Shown: piece after piece, positions 48,201 through 59,768 of the stretch
Layout of the letters: every line of letters starts with the position of its first letter
Numbering within the stretch: position 1 is the first letter of the stretch
Made by a program: the position numbers and the translations under genes
DNA from: Magallana gigas
Taxonomy: Eukaryota
DNA length: 64,000 nt
NCBI RefSeq assembly: GCF_963853765.1
Contig: NC_088857.1
Location: forward strand, 48,360,001-48,424,000
Direction: 5' to 3'
Notes under the pieces: generated by a model
The model's database searches: none
What the model was told of the DNA's origin: nothing
Seen by the model: the letters and a program-made list of their open reading frames with translations, nothing else

Positions 48201-51200
48201 GGAGTCCAAAATGCTTGCAGAAATTCACTTCCGTCGACTCCGTTTTGGGAGTCCGTCTAGACTGGTCATCGTGTCTCGAAAAAAAATCGTTATTTCGTTA
48301 CGGCGGCCATGTTGCCGTCTATTATTTGCTACTTGCGGACTACAGAAACAAAGATACAAATGAGATGACACATTTTCCAATTATGATGCGCCATTGTAAT
48401 CCGTTGACGGTCAATGAATTCTTTATAAGTCATAAAAGATAGTTCTGATCGTGAGTTTTATACATTTTAACTGAATTTTTAGCAAATTGTGTGCATGGGG
48501 ATATGCAGGAGAAATTCTCCTTCCTGGAGAAGACGTGCGCACAGATAGTGGCCGAAACGCCGTCCCTGTGCTACAAAAACCCTTATGACTACAAGTGTTG
48601 TGACTCCTGCGAGAAAGCTGCTGACAAGTCAAACCCAGGTAAGAGATTACAGAGGGTCGATTAGTTGCGAAAATTAACACGATGATAATTAATGTGTTTG
48701 TTCTTTCCAATAAGATTTTTAAAAAAATACCGAAATTTACCATTTTGGGAAACCAAGAAACAAATATATGTAAATGTGTTTACCTTTTGTAACTATTTTG
48801 GTCTTTGTGTTGATCTAACTTCCTCCAACTTTGCTCTGTACAGATTGTCCATATGGAGACAGGGCTGATACATGCTCCAAGGTTCTTACTAATCCATCAC
48901 TGTGCTACTTTGAGGAAAGAGAGTGCTGTGCTACGTGCAAGAGCGTCAATACTGGACCCGAGGGTGAGCTAGGCGATGAATGACGAATTAACTTTTTGAT
49001 TTATCAACTCCTCCGATACAAAATTGTTGCTATCCTTCTATATGAGAGCAAGAGAAAATTAACATGCTTAAAGCTAAACATGGCTCGTAAAAGGCATTGT
49101 CAAATTAAATTTTACGCACTTTTTCCAAAACAGGGGAAAACTATCATCAATATACAGGTCAACGCATTATTTACAAACAGAAATTGTACATAAAACAAGG
49201 AAAACGCACAAAATTTACCACCAGGAAAGGAGTATGAGTTTCGGGTGTGCAATCAACTTTTACAAAATCGAAGGGTTTACACACTTGTTTAATGATACAT
49301 ATTTATGAATTGTGTTCAGCTTTATAAACAACAACATAAAATAACTAAAGAAAAGCTTTTTAGTGTGTAATTGCATAGTCCTAATTTAATCGACATCATG
49401 ATGTTTCATTAAATATAAATAACTAAAACTTGACTAAAGATTGGGTATGCACACTAGACCAAACATTATCTTGCCTTCAGGATATTTCTTGTTTTATCAA
49501 AATGATTAATCACTAACAATCAAAATTTATATGCGTTCCAGGCTGCCAATATGGAGATAAGATAGACTCGTGCAGTAAATCTGAATGCGGTAAAGATGCT
49601 GCCTATAGAGATAATTGCTGTGAAACATGTGCTGACTATGTACCGACCACTGCCGCTCCCATTGTACTGGCGCCAACGCCAGCACCTACTGAAGCACCAA
49701 CACCAGCACCAACGCCAGCGCCAACTGAAGCACCAACGCCAGCACCAACTCCAGCGCCAACTGAAGCACCAACGCCAGCGCCAACTGAAGCACCAACACC
49801 AGCGCCAACGCCAGCGCCAACTGAAGCACCAACGCCAGCGCCAACACCAGCACCAACTCCAGCGCCAACTGAAGCACCAACACCAGCACCAACACCAGCG
49901 CCAACGCCAGCGCCAACTGAAGCACCAACGCCAGCGCCAACACCAGCACCAACTCCAGCGCCAACTGAAGCACCAACACCAGCACCAACGCCAGCACCAA
50001 CTGAAGCGCCAACAGAAGCGCCAACTCCAGCTCCAGTGCAGACAACACCATCTAACTTTGTCTCAATTGTTGATTATTATGATTCCCTATGTGTTAAGCC
50101 ATTTGTTGAAGTTGGTTTTAGATCCTGTGCATCTAGAGCAGAAGGCATGTCTTATCCGTGTCGATTTCTATCATTTAGGACTTCGTGTTGCACACAATGT
50201 ACAGGTAACGTTTATCAATTCAACAGATTACAGATCAAGTTAGTGTAAAATTTTAAGTTTTCCCCATGCATGCAAACTTCATTTAATATTCAAACTTATC
50301 TAACAAGGCCGAATTCTACTGTTTTTACCATGCATGTAGATCTTTCATTGATAAGACTGGACATTCTACACATTAACTATCAGATCTATATTATACATTT
50401 ACATTAGTTACTTTAGACCCTAAACTGTTATTCAGAAGAAAAGCCATTTAATATTTCGGCTTATAATTTAAGAATTTTCCTATATTTTTATGTAGTCTTT
50501 TTTGCATAAAGAGAGGTAAATATATAACTAAAAATAACCCTGACCAACAAAACTTTAAATCCTGTTATTGATTAATAGCAGTTACGTGTATTTAATTTAT
50601 AAAAGAATGCAAAGACTGTGATATTATTGTAAAAGTAAAGTTAATACCGGTATGCATCAGTTTCAAGTTTAATATGACTAACGAGCTAAGTCAGAGTCTA
50701 CAATAAAGAAAAACATTCTCAGGAAAAAATAAAAGCTTTAACTTTGTAAAATTTGCTTTAAAACAAGTTAGAATGAGAACATTTGAAATCTGAAATGTAG
50801 GTGGTCGCAGTTAGGGGGAGTCTTGGATTAGGGCATAGACACTTAAACTTTCGACTTCATTCACTGTACTACTGGATCAAGTTTATCCAAACTTTAAACA
50901 TATTACCCTTCGTTGATTGGAATTCAAAATTGTGAAAATAAACTTTCATATCTAAAGAAACTGGGCGCACAAGATAGTGAGTTTGCAGGAACCATCGACA
51001 CGAACCAATTGGGGTTTAAATGTCTAAAAGTCATCTTTACAAGTTTCAAATTTGTGGAGAGAAGACCCAGAGACATCATAATCATTTAAAAACAGCTGTA
51101 AATAAGTACGATTTTGCATCAATTCCGCCGTGTTGCTATATTTAGGCCCATATTATGACAAAACCTTTTGCATTTCAAACATTTGTCTGCCCATTCTATG

Positions 51201-52833
51201 TCCAACAGAAACAAAATAACGGTTATAATTCGAAAAATGTCCAAAATTAATCAATGAAATTTTCACTTTTCTTGTGCGCCCAGATTCCTGCCGAATCTAC
51301 ATCTTAAGCGCCCACTTTCTTTGCCAAAACTCTCAGGCAGAAGCGACGATCTAAAATGGCTACAAACAGAATAGGGGAGCTCTTAAATAAATATTAGGGA
51401 TGTATAGTTTTCTCGAGAAAGAAAACTATGCTAAATTTTGATTCACATATAAGTATGAAAGCATCCTAAAATAATGTTGGTTAAAATCGATTTATACCCA
51501 ATTATTTAAATCGATTTACATCAAATCCCATCAGCTACCCCCCCCCCCCCCCCACCCCCTGAAAAAACCGAAAACTCACAATAGGGATGTGCATAAACAA
51601 TTTTGGTCGATCTTCATTGTATATATATCGAACATTGATCGCACTCTTCAAAACAATGCGTTTTGAGAAAAAATAATCTAAGAAAGAGATACAAATAAAT
51701 GTATTTACTAAAGATGTAATGCATCGGCAAGCAAAATAGTCAGTGGGTCTCTGGTCTTGTTTTTTGTTTGATTTTTATGCTGGTATAGCAAAATGATGGT
51801 CGAAATATTTTCGTCTTCACCATATAGAATGTTCCGATAAACAACTTTGTGGGGATGTGAAGCCGGGTTACTGTTACTACAATCAGACACGAAGGGACTG
51901 CTGCGAGTCATGTGCTAGAGCCGCTGAATTGGAACCAGGTAAAAATATTATCCCTTAAAAATGTAACCAAGGATTTTTTACGATATGATTTCTATAAAAC
52001 AATATTTTTAAAGTTTTCATCTTAAGGAAGTTGGACGATCAACAAATTAACCATAAGATTTGCCTTAAACTTTTCAATATATTTTGTATACTGTAAAGTA
52101 TTATAAAGTTAAAAATAAACATATTTTAGCTTCACAATTGGACCATTTTACTTAATCTTCATTCAAAGACTGTAAATATAGCGACCACCCAGCCCCCTTA
52201 AGGTTTAATTGAAGGCAACAGCTTGAACATGATAACAACGAATATTCTTGTTTAAAGTACTAAAAGGACAGACGTTTTTTCTGTAATTAAATTTTAGATT
52301 GCTTGGGGGATGCAAGTCCATTTTGTGCACACTTTGTTCAACTCGACGCAGAATATACCTGTTCGAGATACGGAAGAGCTTGCTGTAGATCATGTGGGTT
52401 CGTGAAGTTCAACAGTCTTTTTGCCCGTTCTGCTAAAAACGACCCCTCAATATTAAAAGCAAGATCTCGGATAGACTCAGTCATGGTAAAAGTCGCTGAT
52501 CCAAACAGTCTTATTGATCTGAGGAAAGATTTTCTGCACACTGTCGATGAATCGGTACAATTGGAAAATGCCGGAATTTCAAACTCAACTCCAAAGCCCA
52601 CAACCCCGAAACCACCAAGGAAGAAATTTTCACCGAAGAACCGCCGTCGATTTGGTCCCAATTCAAGAACACGGCGACCGACTCGGCGATTCTTTAACCG
52701 GCCTAGTCGGCGCCCTGCAGCTAGCAATCGGCCCGCTCCGACACCAAGACCAAGGGGTTTTAATAGGTTAAGACAAAGATTGCAGAACTTACGGGGCTCT
52801 TTGGCTGGACGAAGAGGGCGTCTTTTGGGATGA
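36021..52833 (+). CDS. Secreted ADAMTS-type (reprolysin/M12B) zinc metalloprotease with six PLAC-like Cys modules, Pro/Thr linker and Arg-rich tail, 1174 aa, 19 exons
   Basis: Exons 36021-36090, 37101-37318, 37656-37748, 40391-40604, 41769-42135, 42371-42464, 42902-42976, 43739-43896, 44068-44120, 44620-44725, 44886-45044, 45794-45953, 46059-46178, 46318-46369, 48483-48638, 48844-48963, 49542-50204, 51828-51938, 52298-52833; total 3525 nt with compatible phases. Signal peptide, RRKR furin site, HELGHSLGAQHD zinc motif, WKFSSCS, PGQ..QC..G disintegrin-like region, [15 protein letters not shown], repeated C..C..C..CC.xC modules. Confidence 0.92.
38836..38877. repeat. (CT)n microsatellite
   Basis: Visible CT run. 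Confidence 0.97.
40605..40975 (+). repeat. 29-bp minisatellite (~12 copies) starting at the exon-4 donor of the protease gene
   Basis: GTAAGAC/GTAGGAC recurs at 40638, 40667, 40696, 40725 and onward; unit approximately GTAAGACTTATTGTTACAAGTAGAGAAAA. Confidence 0.92.
42176..42242. repeat. (TA)n microsatellite
   Basis: Visible TA run in intron 5 of the protease gene. Confidence 0.98.
46398..48264. mobile_element. 1.87-kb non-autonomous TIR element with 5-bp TSD (GTCAT), unclassified
   Basis: GTCAT|CAGTCTAGACGGGACTCCCAAAACGGAGT ... ACTCCGTTTTGGGAGTCCGTCTAGACTG|GTCAT; ACTCCCAAAACGGAGT is repeated subterminally. Confidence 0.85.
46894..47696. mobile_element. 803-bp TTAA-TSD element (Kolobok-like), copy 1, nested in 46398-48264
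   Basis: TTAA|AGCTATACACGCTATAATTTACGTCAATTTTGAAT ... ATTCAAAATTGACGCAAATTATAGCGTGTATAGCT|TTAA. Confidence 0.93.
49669..50035 (+). repeat. Coding 12-bp-based repeat encoding (APTP)n(APTE) mucin-like linker
   Basis: GCGCCAACGCCA/GCACCAACTGAA units within exon 17 of the protease. Confidence 0.95.
50957..51286. mobile_element. ~330-bp inverted-repeat element
   Basis: GAAACTGGGCGCACAAGATAGTGA vs TCACTTTTCTTGTGCGCCCAGATTC; TSD not resolved. Confidence 0.55.
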
Positions 52834-53195
52834 AAGGTTCTCGTCAATCAACATAGTGCTCTGTTCCGTTTGTGAAGGACATGTGCAATAAACAAATCTT
52901 GTTTTTCCCTTCACTTAGAGTGTAAACTTCTCAGCTAATATGAATTTGTTGCTGTTTCAAGTAACTATCGTCTACATCGTGTATCCGTTGGTTATGACGT
53001 CTCACTAATAGTATAAAATAAAGTAAAAGGAAACTGATTCACGTTTATTTTCTTAGATTATTAGTAATTATTGTGATGTTGTTTCTAAATAGTCACGACA
53101 GTTCTTCATTAATTTGAGAACTTATATGGATAGTTGCACGGTATCGAAAATAATTTTTATGTAAACTTTATTCTATTTGTCCACATTTAATTTAA

Positions 53196-53984
53196 AGCTA
53201 TACACGCTATAATTTACGTCAATTTTGAATGACAGTGAAAACGCATGTGTTTGTCTACTTATAAAAGTTATCCTTAATCTGTAAATTACAATGGTGAATT
53301 CCATCTCGTTACAAAGATATAGATTGTTAATTGTTTATTTTCCTGCCAGGAAAATATACCTTTTCATGAATATTGATGAAGGAAGAGCGAAACCGACCTC
53401 ATTGCGCATGTCCGCGGAGAACTTGGTGGTCGTTATTGTTTGCCTAATTAAATATCCAACTTGATTTTTAATATGCTTAACATTTGTTAATTTGAAATAC
53501 ATACATGTATAATGAGTAAAATACGTTTGTCATTCACGATACCCTTACTTATAGGATCTATAAATAGCACATAGGGGAAAAACACAGGTCTACGTCATCT
53601 TTTTAAAGGAAGTATTGATATTTACTCACAGGCTTGTATTTTTTTCTTTTGTTTGTACTCGTGTATCGGACAAATTCATGCTTTACTGAAAATATCCTTT
53701 CCTTTGTGAAACTATCACAATTATGAAGATGTTGACCCTTCACCAGTTTTGGTATGATAGGCTAAATTAAGCTGTCGATATCACGTGATAGATTGATATT
53801 CACGAGGAGGCATTACTTTCCTGGCAGGAAAATAAATAGTTTTTATTGTTTATTATTTGATATATTTGTTACGTGATCGAATTGAGCACTATAATTAACA
53901 GAATAAAGGTAACTTTTATTAGTAATCAAACACATACATTTTCCCCTTTATTCAAAATTGACGCAAATTATAGCGTGTATAGCT
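53196..53984. mobile_element. 789-bp TTAA-TSD element (Kolobok-like), copy 2
   Basis: Near-identical to 46894-47696, in the same orientation, with its own TTAA TSDs. Confidence 0.93.
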
Positions 53985-55181
53985 TTAAGCGTGTTAGTAT
54001 TATATTGGAAGTCAACGAAGAACGCTCTTTCAAGAAGAGATAATACTCAAATAGCAAAATCTGATGAGAAATCCCAAAAAGGTGGTTACACAAAATTTTC
54101 GACAAGTTCTCGATTTATGGTAGTTTAAAGTTTGCCTAAGCGTTAATACTCGAAGTCAGCATCATAGGAATAACTAGAATGGGAGAACACTTAAGAATCT
54201 TGAAAAAAATGAAAAAAAGAGGTTTCAAAGCAACATTTATGTTCTTATTCATTTCCCTCAAACGAACATAAAATGTTTATGAAATAAAAACAAACTCGTG
54301 AGTAGGATATGAAGCGCTTTGAAAGTGCAGTTTAATTACATTCAATTTAACAATAATTTCTTTTCTTCGAAACCACATCTTCCATATCTACAGAATAAAA
54401 TTACGAATTTTAGACAATGCATACATCTATATATTGGATAAGACGAACACATGGGCGGATGGGTGGAACTTAAATATACATGTATATGATTGCACGAAAA
54501 AGAGCCTTTGAATGGTTTTACTAGTACACAATAACTTTCACGGTCATTCATAGCCCGTGCTATGAATGTTAATGTCACCTGACTAGGTGACAATAGATGT
54601 AAAGAATAAACAAACACTACCACGTGTAACATTAATAAATACATTTCTACATAAATAGAAATGTAAAAAGTTTTTGAAATAGATAGGTTAAACTCAATTA
54701 AAACGAAGTCAAAGGACTTAAGTGGATCTACTTAGTTAACCGGTAATTTCTGATATTCATGTTACGAATTATCATTGCCGCGTAACGTGTTTTAACCTAT
54801 GACAGTAAAGTGTGCATTTTAAGAGCTGTCTTCTTAGGAGAAACGAAGTCTTTTAAATATAATTTAAAAGATTTATATTGAAATGAATAGGAATAAATAA
54901 TTTCAAATAGAACCTTTAAAAACCTTATAACAGTTTGTTTTAAGATGCTCATTTTTCTTGCTCGGAGACAATATTATGCTGAAAAAGATTTATTGGGCAT
55001 CATACAAATAGTTACATCAGTGACTTCTCTGTATTTGTTTTATACTTCTCAATTTGTATTACTTTTTAAAAAAGAATTGTGAGGAGGTTTCCTGTACAAC
55101 ATGACGAGTCCGATGTAGCCGTCATTATTCTCTCTGTTGGTAGTGAACAAGTTTGCTGTTTGTAAAAAATTTCAAGAATTT

Positions 55182-55434
55182 TAGAACCATTTTAACAAGA
55201 GCTTGGACTTTGGGTAGTTGTGTCAAACAGCAATGTGTCGTAGGCCTGTCTATTTCATTGCTGGCCACTCAGCCATGACTCTTCGAAATCAACAAGATTT
55301 TTATGCTTTTTGAGCTAAGACTACGCAATTAGTGCATTTTTTGCTTGAAACCGCGTCCTTTTTAACTTGTTTTGACACAAGAAATAGATAGTTACGTCCA
55401 ATCGAAAGTCCATGGTCTTGTTAAAATGGTTCTA
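55182..55434. mobile_element. ~250-bp MITE family copy 3
   Basis: TAGAACCATTTTAACAAGAGCTTGGACTTT ... AAAGTCCATGGTCTTGTTAAAATGGTTCTA. Confidence 0.9.
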
Positions 55435-57299
55435 AAAGCACCGCTTAAAAAATGAAGATATCCGAGAGTTTGTAATATTTGTACTCCTACTAAACTAGGT
55501 TTGCTGTAGAAGCAGGTTAGTGTAAAGAAGTGCATGGCAGGACTGTACACTACAGGTGGATTACAAAATAAGTTTTAAGAAAACGTTGTATTGGGTGTAG
55601 ATTATTCCATCAGCATACAATATATACATATAATTAATTTAATCTTGCATATATATGAGTATTACATGTATATAAAAGGATCCCAAATTCCGAAAGAAAA
55701 GCAATTTATTGGAAAAACAACAAATGATCCACAATTTTCACAAATGCATCATAACCGTAGAATAAAAAAAAATAGGGCCCTTTTTCGTTCTTTGTAATAC
55801 ATGATCAGCTGTTTACATGTACGTTTAAAATTCAACAGGATTTAAGGGTAAGTAAAAAGAAACAATCCTGATGAAAACGGGAAAATATAATTAGCGTCAA
55901 TTAAAACCACGCATTATTCTCATTGGCTGAATAGGAGAATTTTTAATATTACTTATTTCAACATTCAACCACGGTTTTGATAGAAATATAAGTAAAAGTA
56001 TACATACAATCTAAAAGAAGGGGAGATGTCACGATCGTGATTAATTCAAGACAATCTTTGTTTACGATATTGCCAAATACAAAATAGGTATTCGCTATGT
56101 AACAACGTGATTTCCACCGGTAAAACCTCTGTTTTATGATATATTTATACTTTACTGCCTCACATTTTTTGCATTTCCCTCGGGCTGCTTACGATATTGG
56201 ATTTACTTTTCTGACAACCCCTGTGGTATCATGCACTATGTGTATACCCATAATGCGCAATCACTTCCGCTTCAGTTTGCCTTTACATGGAACAAGGACC
56301 CGATTTAACAAGGGGTGGGTGATGCAGGTAAGTATAGATAAATCGTAAACAAAACGTTTACCTTTAAAAACTTTAGTTTACATCAATATCTATACTTTCT
56401 ATTTATGTTCAATCCTTTTCGACCATCTTGAAGTGTCAAAGACTGAAAAATTGGCAAACTGGTCTTCTCCTTGAGACCCTACCCTCATTTAAAACAAATT
56501 GGTTTCTGTTACTCAATGAGCTGTCTGCATTATTTCCTCCTGTGTTGCACTATCAAAAAGGGCTCATGAATCTGACATTCGTCGTCTAGCAACATGTGTA
56601 CGCACACTATATAAATTCTCACTAGTTTGACCATACACACATTTCACTAACGACATAATCTACTAGTATTTTGAAATGGAATTATTGAATGCTGAGTTCT
56701 TACTTTTGGGAAAGAAACCCAAACAATCTAAGGGCAGAGTTACAAGCTTGGACTCTACAGGAAACTTATGGGTTTAAATTCCGCTATCTTTCGTGGCCAG
56801 GCTATGCATATCTATCACTTAAGAACTTCTCCTTCGTAGCGCAAAATATGATTGCTTTATTTTTTGCTCTAAGATTTCGGCTGACTTTTCTCTATCTTTT
56901 AATTCCTTGCAGGACTTAAGGTTAAACCGTCTCTCTGATTTGAATTTCTGAAGTGATGCGTTTCTTTAGTATCTCTCAGACTCTCTACGCCCGGTTGAAG
57001 AATTTCAAAATGTTTTCCACAAGAGAGTTTTTAAAGATTAAGAATATATTGTATAAGAAGTTTATTTTCATTTGTTTTGTTTTAAAATCCAGATCCTCGA
57101 ATTAAAAATTGAAGTCTCTACTTTGACTTTTCATAATTGTTTTTAATTCTGATTTTTTAAAAATTCTTCCATTTTAATCTATAATTTATTAATTCTAGCA
57201 TGCATAATTGGTTTCCGTATGTACAGAACCTGCAGCAGACTGCGTTATCACTCTCTAATTGATTGTTGTATGACATCATGAACAGATACATTATCACCT

Positions 57300-58070
57300 T
57301 TATGTCTTACCAAATCAGCGTCATCCGAGTCTCGAGGGGGTTGATCATCGGATGGTCGAAAACGATCGAACTTCTACGATCTTCTTTCTGCACGGGTTTT
57401 GGTCCTTTTAGCTGGTTGCTTACCCGTGCCCTTAAACAAATCTTTAAAGCTGACGTCAACCATGCAAATTTCTTATGAAATTGTTGCCCCTGATGTTCAA
57501 AATTCCCCAACATTAAAAGTGGTAAATTGTCAACTTAAAACAGAAAGAACAGCTGATTCTCCTTATATGTAAAGGTTACCACGGTAACTACAACTACTTG
57601 AAAGTCTGAGATCAGCCCGCGTCCAAGACTGTGCATCTAATTTGTTCTCTCTGTGTCCGTCCAGTGAGGATTTAGTACAATAAATTGTACTGTCATATCC
57701 CAGTCTTCCCGTATGTGACAACCGGGGTTAAAATGTTCGATCCTGTCGGACTCTTTGATGTTTTTTTGTGATTATGGCGGAATTGTGGTTGCTTTTTCGG
57801 AGGTCACTTGTTTCTCCAACTTATTGTTTTGAGCAAGCAAACCTACAGCTGATGAGATACATGCAATTGTCTACGCGACAAGACGCGTTTCTTAATATGT
57901 TTAGGTGCGACCCATAATGGAACTAGTTATTCTGTCCATGTCAGTGCTGTACTTGCACAAACTTTCGTTAGTATAAGAATGGAAAAATTCTTTCTTAGTT
58001 CTTGGAAGGGGACCTATTGTCTTTTTTCTTTGTTTTGCAAAAGGATTTCCATGTCTTTTGTGGTTATGTC
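57300..58070 (-). pseudogene. Degraded coding-like island, probably transposon-derived
   Basis: Less AT-rich than its flanks. Broken minus-strand frames give peptide-like stretches (HNHKRHGNPFAKQ.., SSCSYRGNLY, VDVSFKDLFKG..RPSDDQPPRDSDDADL|GTAAG) with stops and frameshifts; no family recognised. Confidence 0.3.
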
Positions 58071-58324
58071 AAAAAATGCCTAACATTTTGTACTGGTTGG
58101 CTTTGTAGCATCGAACACATAGATTGGATATAAAGAAACTAATAAACTTATAAGAAAATATATATATATATATTGGAAAATAGAAACTGGGATCAAAAGT
58201 GAGCTCGTCTAACATTTATGGCCCCAGGGCCTGGTCCAAGGAATTTTAACATTAAAAAAAAATTATTAAAAAATTGATTGTTGTTTCAAATATATAAATT
58301 ACATCTACTAAGTATTATTTCCTA

Positions 58325-58830
58325 TACTATAGTATTTCTTCCGGAAACTTATAGTTAATTCATAGCTCTATAGAAACAGCCATACTAAAATCTACACGCC
58401 CCGTTGATCGATTGGTCGAAATATACAGCGGCTGAAACTGACAAGAAACTGACAGGACTAAAATTGACACGCCCTGTTTATCGATTGGTCGAAGCCTACA
58501 GCAACCTAAGAAATATCACGGACTGCACGAAATAACAATGACGATGTCAGACCCAAAGTCTCGCAAGAGACGATTTGGCTGTTTCTTTTAGCTAACGTAC
58601 TCGTGTACACTAACAGTAATTTAGTGAATTTTACTAACTTTTCATAATCAATTTATTGATTAGTTAAAAGAAAGATGTTAATATAAACAAAAAATGTTTT
58701 CTTTGATGATTCATGCGGGTTATGAAGGTAGCGATCATTGCAGAAAAAAAATAATTGTTTTTTTTCTGAAATGTTGCTACCTTCATATCCCGAATGAATC
58801 ACCAAAGAAAGCATTTTATTGTTTAAGTGA
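58325..58830. mobile_element. Dispersed repeat with internal palindrome, copy 2 (see 1405-1800)
   Basis: GATTCATGCGGGTTATGAAGGTAGCGATCATTGCAGAAAAAAA..TTTTTTCTGAAATGTTGCTACCTTCATATCCCGAATGAATC hairpin plus the shared 58330-58590 block. Confidence 0.78.
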
Positions 58831-59768
58831 AGCATATGCCTCCATTGCACAACGACCGTTCACGCGATGTCTATATAGCTTCACGTGATTATCTCCCACC
58901 GTGATTTCTCCCACCGTGATTTCTCTCACCGTGGTGTCTCTCCTTACATTCTCGACAATTTTTTAATGACTCAGGCATATTTAAAAATCGCCGGCTAACA
59001 AAGGAAAATTATTGAAAGAAGAATGTCGCGCAGCCTAAAATACCCAAACAAAGCTGCAGTGCTCTCGCATTATGGGTATCATACACACACTGTATGATAC
59101 GACAAGGCCGGACTCAAAAAGGTTCAAGCAAGATGGAAGGCAGCCCGGAGAAAATGCAAAATAATTGATGTCAGTAAGTATACTTATTGATGTAAACATA
59201 CTTGTGGTAATCGATTTTGCCTTTAAAAAATAAAATATATTCATTAAACTTCTTTTGTAAAATAAAAACAAAACTAGGATAATACAAACGAATTTGACTT
59301 TATTTACATACAATTAATAACTTTGCAAAAACACATTGCTATTGTAAACTTTCATATCAAATAACGGATCAATAATTACCATAAGAGGGGCTTGAAAAGG
59401 GTCAATATTTATTTTGTGTCTTGTTTCGAATGGATATATGAATTGACAAATAATTTGCAACAAAGAAACACTCAAGACTTTGTTTTCAAAGCTATACGTC
59501 TATTAGATTGTACCAACCCATTTGATCAATTTATTTAAGAAAATGTAATTTAACAGAAAGTAATCAAACAGAATAGTTTGAAATATGATTGTTCTGTGAA
59601 TCGACGAGCTATTCGTAAACACTGGATCAGTTGATATATAGTCCAATCAACGTACAGATTAATTAGGAAATGTCCCAATGGATTTTAATGACGTATTTCT
59701 GCAAAGTTATCTTTGATAGAAGTTCGTACGGTGGATGAATAATCGGAAATTGTCGCAAAGTATCGACA

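Noticed and set aside
49596-50243. Gln/His/Arg-rich ORF (+) and Leu/Ala/Val-rich ORF (49686-50051, -)
   Set aside because: Alternative frames of the APTP/APTE repeat; the spliced frame is fixed by flanking Cys modules and exon phases.
52338-52847. 169-aa antisense ORF over the last protease exon
   Set aside because: Shadow of a GC-richer coding exon; no independent support.
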